Origin: Abditibacterium sp.
Lineage (GTDB): Bacteria > Armatimonadota > Abditibacteriia > Abditibacteriales > Abditibacteriaceae
Length of the DNA stretch: 64,000 nt
Direction: 5' to 3'
Assembly: GCA_965199495.1 (NCBI GenBank)
Contig: CBDASK010000003.1
Span: 672,001 to 736,000 of the forward strand
Made by a program: the position numbers and the translations under genes. Of this stretch, positions 29,017 to 39,503 are shown piece by piece; position 1 is the stretch's first letter, and each line of letters starts with the position of its first letter. The notes beneath the pieces were generated by a model. It was given only the letters and a program-made list of their open reading frames with translations, ran no database searches and was not told the origin of the DNA.

Positions 29017-30381
29017 ATGTTGACTCGCTTGCACCGCGCCGCTTTGGGCGCGACTTTTCCTTTCTTGCTGGCCACCGCTACGGCCCACGCCCAGCCAAAA
29101 GTCCAAACCAATCCGTTCGCCAAACAGCCTTTAACTGCGGCGCCGCAAACGCAAACCAATCCGTTCGCCAAACCGTCCGATTCCAATTCACTGCGCCGGG
29201 AGCAGGCCGCCGATGCGTTTTTCGGCGACATCGAAATTGACCAGAGCCGCGCCCAAAGTTGGGACGATTTGATTGACAGCAAGCGCCTCGAAAAGCAGAT
29301 CGCCGACTTGGATGGAACATTGAGTTACCGCGAGGGCGCACTGGGATTTTATCGCGTTGGCTACGAAGCCGTCGGCACGCGCAACGACGGAACGGTGCGC
29401 GTGACCGTCACCATCGTCGGGCAAAGCGGCGACCGGACGATTTTGGCGACCGGCGAAAGCGTGCAACGCTGGCGCGACGGCGTTTTTCTCTATGAAAAAC
29501 CGAAGTTCAATACGCGCAACCCCGAACCGAGCGACAACCAACTCGGCCCCGGCGGGCCAACCATTTTGAAGCCGACAGGCTACGGAAATATCGCCAATTC
29601 GCGTTTTTATCGGGATTGGGTTTGCGCGCCCGATCCGAATCCAAAACGCGACAAAGACAAAGACGACGACAAACCCAAACGCGCGCCCGACCCGCAACCC
29701 AAAATAGATTCCGGTCGCGCCCCCAATCCGACGCCACCCAAACGCGAACCAGAACCCCAACGCGCGCCCGATCCAACACCACCACGTCGCGAGGAACGTC
29801 CGCGCCCCGAACGGGCGCCCGAACCGCAACGCGCACCCGAACCGCAACGCGCACCCGAACCGCAACGCGCACCCGAACCATTTCCAACCAACCCGTTCCC
29901 ACCCGACGAGCCGCAGCGCACAGTTCCACCCATCAGCCCGCCGATATTGAGCGCGCCCGACCCAACTCCGCCTTCGCGCGGCAGCTCGACGGCGCCCGAT
30001 CCCAATCCGTCCAATCGGGGTACTTTTCCTTTAACGCCTAACCCCAACCCGCCCAGTCGCGGCGGCGTTCACAGCGAGTCGCGCCCGCACCGCCGCCCCA
30101 ATTGGGACGGCTCTTATGGACGCTATCCATATCCTTACCCAGATTCTTATCCTTATCCGGCGCCATATCCCTATCCCTACCCGTATCCGGTGCCTTACCC
30201 GGCGCCCTACCCCGCGCCATTTCCGTATCCCGATCCGACGACGGTTTACGGCGCCCGCGAAGGCGCGCGCCAAGCGTTTGATTACGCGCTCGTGCAAGCG
30301 CGCGTGGACGCCGAAACCGATTTCGACCGCCAACTGTTTGGCGAGGATACGCGCGAATCGCTGGTGCAAAATCAGTGGTAA
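29017..30381 (+). CDS. Exported proline-rich protein with RAPEPQ and YP repeats
   Basis: Signal peptide ending AHA; 18-bp tandem repeat at about 29818-29880; (YP)n tract. Confidence 0.7.
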   Translation: MLTRLHRAALGATFPFLLATATAHAQPKVQTNPFAKQPLTAAPQTQTNPFAKPSDSNSLRREQAADAFFGDIEIDQSRAQSWDDLIDSKRLEKQIADLDGTLSYREGALGFYRVGYEAVGTRNDGTVRVTVTIVGQSGDRTILATGESVQRWRDGVFLYEKPKFNTRNPEPSDNQLGPGGPTILKPTGYGNIANSRFYRDWVCAPDPNPKRDKDKDDDKPKRAPDPQPKIDSGRAPNPTPPKREPEPQRAPDPTPPRREERPRPERAPEPQRAPEPQRAPEPQRAPEPFPTNPFPPDEPQRTVPPISPPILSAPDPTPPSRGSSTAPDPNPSNRGTFPLTPNPNPPSRGGVHSESRPHRRPNWDGSYGRYPYPYPDSYPYPAPYPYPYPYPVPYPAPYPAPFPYPDPTTVYGAREGARQAFDYALVQARVDAETDFDRQLFGEDTRESLVQNQW

Positions 30382-30703
30382 AACCAAATCGCATCGCGAG
30401 CGATTGCGGCAAACTTTTGGGGTTATGAAAATAGTTTTAACCACCGTCGAAGCCGATTTGGTTTCTGCCTGACGTAAATTCCCCGCGACGTGGCTGGTGT
30501 CGGGGTCGGCAGTGTGCGCATAGCGATTGACGACGTTTTGCTGCAAAAGCGCGAATTTCCACGAACGTGGGCGCAGGCGCAAAGTCGGCATCAACAGCTT
30601 TATAACCGATAACGAGCGCGTTTCGTAGAAAGGACGATTTACGGACTGGCGTCTTAAACGTCGGATTTGCGTCGGTTGGAATAAGCCGCGACTTCACGGG
30701 CGT

Positions 30704-31714
30704 TCATGGCAGACGCCATAGCTGCAGTTTGTGGCTCTCGCCGCCAAACGCCAATAATTGACCATCGGGAGAAAAGGCGACTGCCAAAGTCGCTCTTTCT
30801 TCCTTGGGCAAGCTGAAGCGCAGCTTGCCGCTTTCCAAATCCCAGATTTCCACCGGATAATTCGGAGTCGCGTTGGCCAACAGTTTCTCATCGGGCGAAA
30901 TCGCGATAGTCCAGGCGCCGAGAATCGCGCCCTCGAAACTCTTTTGCAGCGTGCCCGTTGCCGTTTCCCAAACCGAAATCGCGTCGTTTTGCCGCGCGCC
31001 CGCTATCCGCTTGCCGCCATCGAAAAACGCCAGCGACCTAACCACGCTGCCCAGATGCGTTATGCGCGTTTTGAGTGCGCCCGTCACCACGTCCCACGTC
31101 CTAATTTCTTGCGATCCGCCGCTCGCGATGGTTTTCCCATCGGGCGCGAACGCCAGCGACCAGACCTGATTGCCATCCCACGTCATCGTTTTCAAGAGTT
31201 CGCCCGTCATCACATCCCAAATTCGCACTTCGCCAAAGAGGGTGTTTTCACCTTCCGCGTTGCTCAGTGCGATGCTTCTGCCGCCGCCCGTCGCCAACAA
31301 CCGACCGTCCGGCGAAAATGCGAGCGAAGTTAGCGCGCTCGATGCGGTCGTCAGCGTGCGCCGCAGCGCGCCCGACGCGACATCCCAGATCAAAGTATTT
31401 TCGCTCAACCCGGCGTCGTTCACGCAAGCCACGAGCTTCCCATCGGGAGAAAACACGGCGGGGCCGCCGATGTCCTGCTTTGCCTCCAAAGCGGGGCGCG
31501 GTTCACCCGAAGCGACATCCCATAATGCCAGCCCGCCGAGGCCCGCAACCGCAACCGTTTTTCCGTCGGGCGCAAAAGCAAGCGAACTGAAGCTCCAATG
31601 CACATCAATACTCGAAACCAATTGAGGCGCGGCGAGTGGGGGCGTTTCGGGCGCGGCCAAGCCCCGAAACGCATGGAAACACAAAAAGCCGAGCAGACAA
31701 CAGAAATTCTTCAT
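30704..31714 (-). CDS. Exported WD40-repeat protein
   Basis: Repeated SLAFSPDG...WDV units; signal peptide. Confidence 0.9.
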   Translation of the reverse strand: MKNFCCLLGFLCFHAFRGLAAPETPPLAAPQLVSSIDVHWSFSSLAFAPDGKTVAVAGLGGLALWDVASGEPRPALEAKQDIGGPAVFSPDGKLVACVNDAGLSENTLIWDVASGALRRTLTTASSALTSLAFSPDGRLLATGGGRSIALSNAEGENTLFGEVRIWDVMTGELLKTMTWDGNQVWSLAFAPDGKTIASGGSQEIRTWDVVTGALKTRITHLGSVVRSLAFFDGGKRIAGARQNDAISVWETATGTLQKSFEGAILGAWTIAISPDEKLLANATPNYPVEIWDLESGKLRFSLPKEERATLAVAFSPDGQLLAFGGESHKLQLWRLP

Positions 31715-31719
31715 CGAGT

Positions 31720-33108
31720 TTATCCTCCGCCGCCCGCGCCTTTGATACCGCCGTTGGTCATCTCGCGCGCGTCCAATAATTCGTCCAACTGTTCGGCGCT
31801 CAAATCGGTCTGTTCCAGCGCGACATCTTTCAATCTGCGATTCTCTTTATACGCTTGTTTCGCAATCGCGGCACCCTTTTCGTAGCCGATAATCGGATTC
31901 AGCACGGTAACCATGATCGGGTTTTTCTCGACCAATTCTTGCATTGCGTCGCCCTTGACTTCAAAGCTCATCGCTTTGTCGGCCAACACGCGGCTCACGT
32001 TGCCCAGCAAAGTAATGCTTTGCAACAGGTTATGCGCAGCCACGGGCATCATAACGTTGAGTTGGAAGTTGCCCGACGCGTTGCAGAGCGCGATTGTGGC
32101 GTCGTTGCCGACGACTTGCGCGCAGACTTGCATCGTCGCTTCGGGAATGACCGGATTGATTTTGCCCGGCATAATGCTCGAACCCGGCTGCAAACTGGGC
32201 AACACGATCTCGCCTAAACCGGCTTGCGGGCCCGAATTCATCCAGCGCAAATCGTTGGCGATTTTAAACAGCGAAGTCGCCAGAGTTTTGAGTTGGCCGC
32301 TCATTTCGACGGCGGCATCGAGCGTCGCCTGCGCCGCGAAATGGTTGCGCGTTTCGCGAAACGGAATGTTGGTAATAAGTTCGAGTTTGCGCGACATCAA
32401 ATGCCCAAATTCGGGATGCGCGTTGATGCCGGTTCCAATCGCGGTGCCGCCAATCGCCAGTTCGTGCAGACGCGGCAGACTCGATAAAATCCGCTCGGTC
32501 GATTGCTCGATTTGCGCGCGCCAACCGCTGATTTCCTGCGCCAAAGTCATTGGCATCGCGTCCATCAAATGCGTGCGGCCGGTTTTCACGACATCTTGCG
32601 TCTCGAATTCGCGCTGATTCAAAGCGCCGCGCAAACGTTGCAAACCGGGCAACAGATTGTCGGCGATCTCCATCGCCGCCGCCACGTAAATCGCCGTCGG
32701 AATCACGTCGTTACTCGATTGTCCGTTGTTCACGTCATCGTTGGGATGAACTTTCAAACCGTCTTTCGACGCCAAATTTGCGATGACTTCGTTGGCGTTC
32801 ATGTTGGTCGAAGTGCCGCTTCCGGTCTGGAAAATATCAATCGGGAATTGATCGTCATAGCCGCCGCGCGAAACTTCGAGAGCCGCATCGCTAATCGCCT
32901 TGGCTTTGTCGGCGGGCAGAATTTCCAGATCGGCGTTGACCTGCGCCGCCGCCGCTTTGACGATGCCCAGCGCGCGGATAAAACTGCGCGGAAAAGTAAT
33001 GCCCGAAATCGGGAAGTTTTCGACCGCGCGCTGAGTTTGCGCGGCGTAGAGAGCGTCGGCGGGCACTTGCATTTCGCCCATCGAATCTTTTTCAATGCGA
33101 TATTCCAT
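31720..33108 (-). CDS. fumC: Class II fumarate hydratase
   Basis: RIEKDSMG, QTGSGTSTNMNANEV, GRTHLMDA, GSSIMPGKINP. Confidence 0.95.
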   Translation of the reverse strand: MEYRIEKDSMGEMQVPADALYAAQTQRAVENFPISGITFPRSFIRALGIVKAAAAQVNADLEILPADKAKAISDAALEVSRGGYDDQFPIDIFQTGSGTSTNMNANEVIANLASKDGLKVHPNDDVNNGQSSNDVIPTAIYVAAAMEIADNLLPGLQRLRGALNQREFETQDVVKTGRTHLMDAMPMTLAQEISGWRAQIEQSTERILSSLPRLHELAIGGTAIGTGINAHPEFGHLMSRKLELITNIPFRETRNHFAAQATLDAAVEMSGQLKTLATSLFKIANDLRWMNSGPQAGLGEIVLPSLQPGSSIMPGKINPVIPEATMQVCAQVVGNDATIALCNASGNFQLNVMMPVAAHNLLQSITLLGNVSRVLADKAMSFEVKGDAMQELVEKNPIMVTVLNPIIGYEKGAAIAKQAYKENRRLKDVALEQTDLSAEQLDELLDAREMTNGGIKGAGGGG

Positions 33109-33200
33109 AAGTATTGTTGAACCGACGCGCAAACTCGGCGTCGCTTTGCGGTTGACAGTTTAGGCAATCGCCACACCCACGCGGGGCGCCCAACAATTTC

Positions 33201-34490
33201 ATGAAAACTCTACTTTTAGCTACCGTTTTAATAGCAGCCACGGGCGCCGTGGCTGCTCCCGACGCGCCAGCGAATAATGCGCCCGCAGCGCAAACGGCGC
33301 CCGCCATCGCGCTTTCGGCTTACGATCAATTGACTTTAACCGCAAAAGCGCAATTCGATGCCAAAGATTTCGCGGGCGCACAAAAATCAGTCGAAGAGTC
33401 GTTAGAATTGGCTCAAACGCCCAAGGAAAAATCTGACGCTTTGCGCCGTTTGGGTCTGGCGTTGAACGGTCAGAAAAGATACGCCCAAGCGCGCGAAACA
33501 TGGCAAAAGATGGCGCCGCTTATTCAAGATTCTCCCGAAGATTTATATTCGATGCGCCTTGCCATCGCTTCGAGTTATAGCGATGAAGAGATGTGGCCCC
33601 AAGCCGTCGCCGCGTTCGTTGAACTTGTCAACGAACCGCGCGTTGAAAACAAAAGTTTATTTCGCATGGCTCTGGCAACGGCTTACAACAATTTGAAACA
33701 GACGGATAAAGCGCGCGAGCAACTGGCGATTGTCACCGCCGACCCAACTGCCCCCGCCACTCTGCGCGCAACGGCGCAAATATTTCTCGGCAAAACTTAC
33801 GCTGAAGCATCGAATTTTGACAAAGCGCGCGAACAGTTCGCCAATGTCGTTGCCGACCCAACTGTCCCCGCCGCTCTTCGCGGCCTGGCGCAAATATCTA
33901 TCGGACAGGCCTATTTCGACCAATCGAATTTGGGTGAGGCGCGCCGTAGCGTCGAAGCGGCAGAGAAAATTCCCGGTTTTCCGAGAGACTTCTTGATCGG
34001 AACTCAACGTCTTCTGGCCGAAATCGCCGAAAAACAGAATCGCCCCGAAGACGCGGCAAAGGCGTATTCTACACAGCGGGTTTTCTTGATGATAAAAGCC
34101 GTTGATCAAGCCAATGCCAAAGATTTGGAAGGCGCAATTGCCAGCTACAAAGCCGCCCTCAATGCGGGCACTCCCGAAATACCAATCGAACTCGGCGTTC
34201 GTTTGCAAATCGGCAATGCGCAGACAAAACTGGGGCAATACGAGGACGCGCGCGTCGAATTTCAAAAGGTGCTCGATGCCGCTCCCATGCGTTTAAACGC
34301 GACTGAGACACAGTCAGACAATCCGTTCAAGATTGGCGCTTACCTTGGATTGGCCAGAATTGACATCGCAGAAAAGAAATTCGATGTGGCGCGCGAGAAG
34401 TTGAACAAAGCGTTACAAATTCCTAATTTGCCAGAAAAGTCTGCGGTTTTGGTGGAAGATTTGTTGAATTCGTTGCCGCCGAAACCGTAA
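33201..34490 (+). CDS. Exported TPR-repeat protein
   Basis: Signal peptide; TPR-like helices; internal duplication DKAREQ....ADPT.PA.LR. Confidence 0.8.
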   Translation: MKTLLLATVLIAATGAVAAPDAPANNAPAAQTAPAIALSAYDQLTLTAKAQFDAKDFAGAQKSVEESLELAQTPKEKSDALRRLGLALNGQKRYAQARETWQKMAPLIQDSPEDLYSMRLAIASSYSDEEMWPQAVAAFVELVNEPRVENKSLFRMALATAYNNLKQTDKAREQLAIVTADPTAPATLRATAQIFLGKTYAEASNFDKAREQFANVVADPTVPAALRGLAQISIGQAYFDQSNLGEARRSVEAAEKIPGFPRDFLIGTQRLLAEIAEKQNRPEDAAKAYSTQRVFLMIKAVDQANAKDLEGAIASYKAALNAGTPEIPIELGVRLQIGNAQTKLGQYEDARVEFQKVLDAAPMRLNATETQSDNPFKIGAYLGLARIDIAEKKFDVAREKLNKALQIPNLPEKSAVLVEDLLNSLPPKP

Positions 34491-34496
34491 TTTCCC

Positions 34497-34605
34497 CGTA
34501 GAGACACCGACCGGGTGCCCTCTGGGCGGATGTCTAAAAACATAGCAATTGCCTAAAAATGAAGCTATTCCGACGTTTTAGACGCGATAAATCTGCGTCT
34601 CTACG
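34497..34605. repeat. GTAG-family REP-like inverted doublet (degenerate left arm)
   Basis: CGTAGAGACACCGA...TGTCTAAAA facing TTTTAGACGCGATAAATCTGCGTCTCTACG. Confidence 0.8.
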
Positions 34606-34609
34606 AGAA

Positions 34610-36160
34610 TCATTTCAGCTTTTTCCCCGCCACAATCCACAAACCCGTTCCCAATCCGCCGCCGACAATCACGACCAAAACGCGCCCGACCAAACGTAAA
34701 GCGCCCGCGTCCCAGCCGCCAACCAAACTCTGCGTTAGCATGACGCCGATAGCAGCCACGCCGCCCGACGCGAGCGCCACAATTAATCCGCGACCAAGGG
34801 CGCGCAACGCCATTTTGCCGTCTAAATTGAGATGACGCGACAACGAACGCCACAATAACAGCGACAAAACTGAGGTCGAAGCCGCCGCCGCCAAAGCCAG
34901 ACTCGCGCCGCCCGGCAGGGGAAATCGAATCGCGATGACGCCGAAAATTAGGAACAAAACCGTCGCCAAAAAGCCGATGCGAACCGGTTCGTTGGGCCGC
35001 TCGGTGGCGAAAAAGCCGCGCGCCAATAATTGTTGCGCGCCCAACGCGGGCAAACAGAGCGCGTAGCATTGCAGCGCCAGCGTCGTCTCGCGCGCGTTTT
35101 GCGGCGTGAAGGCGCCATGCTCGAACACCAAATGAATTAAAGCGGGCGCCAAAACCGCCGTCATGGCGGCGGCGAAAAACATCGCGCTCAGGTTTTTGGC
35201 GAGCGCCACGTCGAAGGTTTCGCGCAGTTCGTCGTCTTTGCCATCTATGAACAAACGCGAAATCGTTGGGAACAGCGCGACGGCGGTGCTGGAGGCCAGC
35301 AGATCGAGCGGCACCTGCATCAGTTTGTTGGAGTAATCGAGCGAAGTCGTCGAGCCGACCGCCAGAAATTTGGCGAAGGCACGCGGCAAACTCAGCGCGA
35401 TGATTTGCCCACTCGCCAGTCCCATAAAGATCGGCAGCAGCGACGCCGCCACGCGGCGCACGCCTTCGTCGCGCAAATCCCACAAGGGCCGCAGCGACAA
35501 ACCGTGACGCCGCGCGGCGGGCGCCAGCATCACGAACGTGCCGACGATGGCACCGCCTAGCGCGCCCCACGCCTGATATTCGATGCCGATTTTGGCGCCC
35601 AACACGCCGCCAATAATAATGCCGACGTTATAAAACACCGGTTGCAGCGCCGGAAACCAGAACAAACGCAGCGCATTAAATGTTCCCGAAAACACGCCAC
35701 CCACCACAAAAAGCCACTGCGCCACCAACAGAATCCGCAGAATGATCAAGAACTTTTCGATATTCTGTGGCCCGACTTTATCGGGCGCCAATAGGGTTCC
35801 GGCGGACGTGAAAGTCAGGGCGAACAAAATTAAAGTCAAGCCGCCGAAGCCGACCAAAATCAAAGTCAAGAGCGCGCGAAAAGTCAGGCGCGCGCGCTGC
35901 GTTTCGCCCTGTGAAAGATAGCGCGTGAAAACCGGCACGAAGCCGGTGGCTAATAGTCCGCCCGAAATTAGAATCGCGAGCGTATCGGGAATATTGAAAG
36001 CGGCGGTATAAGCGTCGGTTTGCGGGCCGCTCCCGAAAAAGTAGGACGTGACGACGGTGCGCCCCATTCCCGTAATGCGCGAGAGGCCAATCATCAGCGC
36101 CAGAATTAAAGAGGCGCGGCCAACGGTAGTAATTTGGTTAATTTGGAGTTCGCGGGGCAT
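34610..36160 (-). CDS. murJ: Lipid II flippase MurJ (MviN)
   Basis: SRITGMGR, DAYTAAFNIPD, GFVPVF, many TM helices. Confidence 0.88.
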   Translation of the reverse strand: MPRELQINQITTVGRASLILALMIGLSRITGMGRTVVTSYFFGSGPQTDAYTAAFNIPDTLAILISGGLLATGFVPVFTRYLSQGETQRARLTFRALLTLILVGFGGLTLILFALTFTSAGTLLAPDKVGPQNIEKFLIILRILLVAQWLFVVGGVFSGTFNALRLFWFPALQPVFYNVGIIIGGVLGAKIGIEYQAWGALGGAIVGTFVMLAPAARRHGLSLRPLWDLRDEGVRRVAASLLPIFMGLASGQIIALSLPRAFAKFLAVGSTTSLDYSNKLMQVPLDLLASSTAVALFPTISRLFIDGKDDELRETFDVALAKNLSAMFFAAAMTAVLAPALIHLVFEHGAFTPQNARETTLALQCYALCLPALGAQQLLARGFFATERPNEPVRIGFLATVLFLIFGVIAIRFPLPGGASLALAAAASTSVLSLLLWRSLSRHLNLDGKMALRALGRGLIVALASGGVAAIGVMLTQSLVGGWDAGALRLVGRVLVVIVGGGLGTGLWIVAGKKLK

Positions 36161-36259
36161 AAAGTGCGTTTACACTTTACTTCAAAATTCATCGAATGCA
36201 ACTCAAATTGTGCGTTACTGTCTAATGCCTCCAACCAATTGAAAGGAGGTAAAAAAAAC

Positions 36260-36568
36260 ATGAAAAAAATTCAAATTGTGGCGATGAGTGCGGCGCTTTT
36301 AGCGGCGGTGGCGACCACGAGTTTCGCGGATGAATTGCGCGCGCACATCAAAGCCGTTGATGCCGATAAAAATATCATCACCGTGACCGAAGGCCAAAAG
36401 GATTATGTTTTCAGCGTCAGCGCTGACTCCAAGTTCCTCAACGTTTTGGGCGGCGAATTGAAAGGCGGCATCAACAGCAACGACCTGAAAGCGGGGCGTC
36501 GCGTGATCGTAGATTACACCGCCAAAGAGGGCGTCATCTCCCTGCAAAGTCTGCAAATTCGCAAATAA
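36260..36568 (+). CDS. Small exported beta-rich (OB-fold-like) protein
   Basis: AAAGGAGG RBS; signal peptide MKKIQIV...SFA. Confidence 0.75.
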   Translation: MKKIQIVAMSAALLAAVATTSFADELRAHIKAVDADKNIITVTEGQKDYVFSVSADSKFLNVLGGELKGGINSNDLKAGRRVIVDYTAKEGVISLQSLQIRK

Positions 36569-36695
36569 TTCTTCGTCGTACGGTGAGATGTGTAGGCGAC
36601 GTTCTCTTCCAATCCGGTTCAAAGCCGCCTAAGTTCGAGGAAAACCCGCCGCTTGGAAGAGGACGTTGTCTCCCTTGCCTCAATACGGATTGCCT

Positions 36696-38447
36696 CTACT
36701 CGCCCAAAATAACCTGATTGCGGCCCGCGCCTTTGGCTTCATATAACGCGTTGTCCGCCGATTCCGAAAGCGAGGCCGCATTTTCGTGGGGCGGCGCGGC
36801 AGACACGCCCGCCGAAAAAGTCGAGAAAAACTCGCGACCGTTGGAATTATGCGCCAAATTCGCCCACGATTGGCGCACTTCGTCAATCGCGCGGCGCGCG
36901 TTGCCCGCATCGGCGCCGACCATAATCACCGCGAACTCTTCGCCGCCATAACGTCCGACGATGTCGGTCTGGCGCATACGCTGGCTCAATAAGCGCGATA
37001 GCGAACGCAAAACGCGGTCGCCGGTGGCGTGGCCGTAGTGGTCATTGACGGTTTTGAAGTGGTCTATATCAATCATCGCGAGGGAAACCGGGTGGCCCAG
37101 ACGGCGCCTACGCTCGATCTCAATGCCCAGTTGTTCCTTGGTTTTGGTGTGATTCAAAAGCCCGGTCAAACTATCGCGCACCATCAAGTTTTGCAAAACG
37201 CGGGCGCGCGCGGCGCGCGTGCGCACCGACGAAATCAGGTGCTGCGAGTCCACCGGTTTTTGCAAAAATTCGTCGCCGCCCAAACGCATCGCTTCCAACT
37301 GTTTATCGCTGTCCATTTCCGAACTCAAAAACATAATCGGAATGCCGACATAGGTTTCCTGCTGGCGAATCACCGCCGCCAGTTCGGTGCCCTGACAATC
37401 GGGCATATAAACGTCCATCAAAATCAGGTCGGGCTGAAAATCTATCAGGGGCGCCATGAGCGCCATCGGGTCGGTGACTTCGCGCGTGTCCATGCCCGCG
37501 CCTTGCAGCGTCAGCGCATAAAAACTCGCCAGCGTCGCATCGTCTTCGACGATCAACACGCGAAACGGTTCGGGCGTGTGCAAAACAGAGAGATCGTCGA
37601 GTTTGGCCAACAGCGCATCGAGATCAACGGGCGGCGTAAAAAACGCCGCCGCGCCCAGACGAACCGCCTGCAAACGCGCGCGCAGATCGCCGTTTTCGCA
37701 AATCCAAATCATCGGAATTTTGGGCTTGTCGCCCTGATGCAACAGAGGCCAGACATCGCTTAAAACCGCGCCGACTTGCACCGGTTCCGTTTGCGAACTC
37801 ACCATCAAAACGGCGGGTTGGGCGCGCGCAATGGCATCGCGCAATTGCGCGGCGTCATTGTAAATTTGCAAGCGATAACCGAAAGTTTCGACCGAACTCA
37901 CCCAACTCGGCGCTTCGTTGAAAAACTCACAAAACAAATAAATGAGCGGATTGGCCGGGGCAGCAGGCGCGATTTCGGTGGGCCTGACAACGGCCACGGG
38001 CGCGACAACCTGCGCGGGCACGGCAGCCACGGGCGCGAGTATCTCGCTTTGGGTCGCCGTAATCTGGGCGATGACATGGCGCAATTGCGCGTAGGCGGCT
38101 TCAATTTCGGCGCGTTGCTCGCCAGTGGGCGAGTCGTTGTTCGCCTCGGTTTCAATAATTGTTTTGAGCTGAATTTCGGCGCGGCGCGCGAACTGAGAAA
38201 CCAGAGAAAAACCAAAGGTCGCGCCCGAACCCGCCAAAGAGTGCGTCAGGCGATGCAAAACGGCCAGCGCCTCCGATTTTTCGGCACTCGCTGGCACTTC
38301 CAAATAACGTTTCCACGCAGTTTCGATGGCAGCGATTTTATCTTCGAGGCGGGCGCCATAAGCGCGACGCAGCAACTCGAATTTATCGCCGAAATCTGCC
38401 GCAGGCGAGAACTCGGTCGAAGCGAGCGGGGAAGAAGAGACTTTCAT
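36696..38447 (-). CDS. Diguanylate cyclase, Hpt-REC-REC-GGDEF
   Basis: HSLAGSGATFG (Hpt), DLILMDVYMP (REC), RQTD I-site, RYGGEEF. Confidence 0.92.
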   Translation of the reverse strand: MKVSSSPLASTEFSPAADFGDKFELLRRAYGARLEDKIAAIETAWKRYLEVPASAEKSEALAVLHRLTHSLAGSGATFGFSLVSQFARRAEIQLKTIIETEANNDSPTGEQRAEIEAAYAQLRHVIAQITATQSEILAPVAAVPAQVVAPVAVVRPTEIAPAAPANPLIYLFCEFFNEAPSWVSSVETFGYRLQIYNDAAQLRDAIARAQPAVLMVSSQTEPVQVGAVLSDVWPLLHQGDKPKIPMIWICENGDLRARLQAVRLGAAAFFTPPVDLDALLAKLDDLSVLHTPEPFRVLIVEDDATLASFYALTLQGAGMDTREVTDPMALMAPLIDFQPDLILMDVYMPDCQGTELAAVIRQQETYVGIPIMFLSSEMDSDKQLEAMRLGGDEFLQKPVDSQHLISSVRTRAARARVLQNLMVRDSLTGLLNHTKTKEQLGIEIERRRRLGHPVSLAMIDIDHFKTVNDHYGHATGDRVLRSLSRLLSQRMRQTDIVGRYGGEEFAVIMVGADAGNARRAIDEVRQSWANLAHNSNGREFFSTFSAGVSAAPPHENAASLSESADNALYEAKGAGRNQVILGE

Positions 38448-38473
38448 AGAGCGGGGATTTTGACAATTTTATT

Positions 38474-38887
38474 CTAACTTGAAACGCCAACGATGTCACC
38501 ATTAGAGATATTATCATTATAAATGTTGGCCAACTGCGCCGAAAGCGTCATCGGATCAAACGGTTTGGAAATCACAGCGAACGCGCCCATCGCGCGGTAA
38601 GCCGCCACTTCGTGCGCCTGCGCTTTGGCTGTCATGAAAACAATCGGCAAGCGCGCCGTGGCTGGTTGGGCGCGCAGATGTTCCAAAACCGTGGGGCCGT
38701 CCATATCGGGCATCATCACATCGAGCAAAATCAAGTCGGGATTAAAGGTCTCGACAATCCCCAGAGCGCTCCGCCCGCCCGCACAAATTTCTACCGTGTA
38801 ACCGCCCACCATTTCGAGCGCCATGCGCACGACCGCCTGAATATCGGCATCGTCTTCCACGACCAATATGCGTTGTAAAAATTGCAT
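38474..38887 (-). CDS. Single-domain response regulator
   Basis: LVVEDD, DLILLDVMMP, TAK, KPF. Confidence 0.92.
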   Translation of the reverse strand: MQFLQRILVVEDDADIQAVVRMALEMVGGYTVEICAGGRSALGIVETFNPDLILLDVMMPDMDGPTVLEHLRAQPATARLPIVFMTAKAQAHEVAAYRAMGAFAVISKPFDPMTLSAQLANIYNDNISNGDIVGVSS

Positions 38888-38928
38888 AAATTTTTATCAA
38901 TAAACGACGAGCATTTTTTTCGCCGTCA

Positions 38929-39411
38929 TTATAAATACTCTTCGATTTCGGGTGCCAGTTGCGCCATCAAGTCGCCCAGTTTAAGGCGCGGGCGATGCAA
39001 GCGCGGCAACGCGGGCGGAATTAATAAGTTGTGCCGCAAAATCTCCGAGTTGACAGCTTGGATTGTGGTTTGCGTGGCGCGGATTTGCGCGCGAAAATCG
39101 GCTTCGATTTTGGCTGGATCGGCTTTTTTGGAAACCAATCCCGCGCGTCTAAATTCCAACGCGCGTTTAATTTCGTTTTCGGCGCGGCGCGTCAACGAAT
39201 CAATGGCGCGGGCGGCATCGTCCCACGGCGCACTCAACTGGTCGCTATCGCGGGCGAGTTTTTCCCGCATATCGCGCCGGTTGGCCAGATCGCCCCATAG
39301 CTTGAGTGGCTGGCCTTTACCCTTTAAATTCTCGAATTCGCCCCGCGCAATCGCTTCGTCAATCTGCTCCTGCGTCTGGCCGCGCCACCGCGGCTTATCC
39401 GGCATTTTCAT
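38929..39411 (-). CDS. DUF1992 (DnaJ-related) domain protein
   Basis: EQIDEAIARGEFENLKGKGQPL. Confidence 0.8.
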   Translation of the reverse strand: MKMPDKPRWRGQTQEQIDEAIARGEFENLKGKGQPLKLWGDLANRRDMREKLARDSDQLSAPWDDAARAIDSLTRRAENEIKRALEFRRAGLVSKKADPAKIEADFRAQIRATQTTIQAVNSEILRHNLLIPPALPRLHRPRLKLGDLMAQLAPEIEEYL

Positions 39412-39503
39412 GGGCAAAAAGACGTTATTTAACGCGCATAAGTTGCAGCGAAAATCGCGGTGTAGTCAGTTGAATCGTAAACTCGAATGCCACTCCAAAA
39501 TTT

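Noticed and set aside
30437..30697. 86-aa ORF between the Pro-rich and WD40 genes
   Set aside because: No motif or RBS support; left unannotated.
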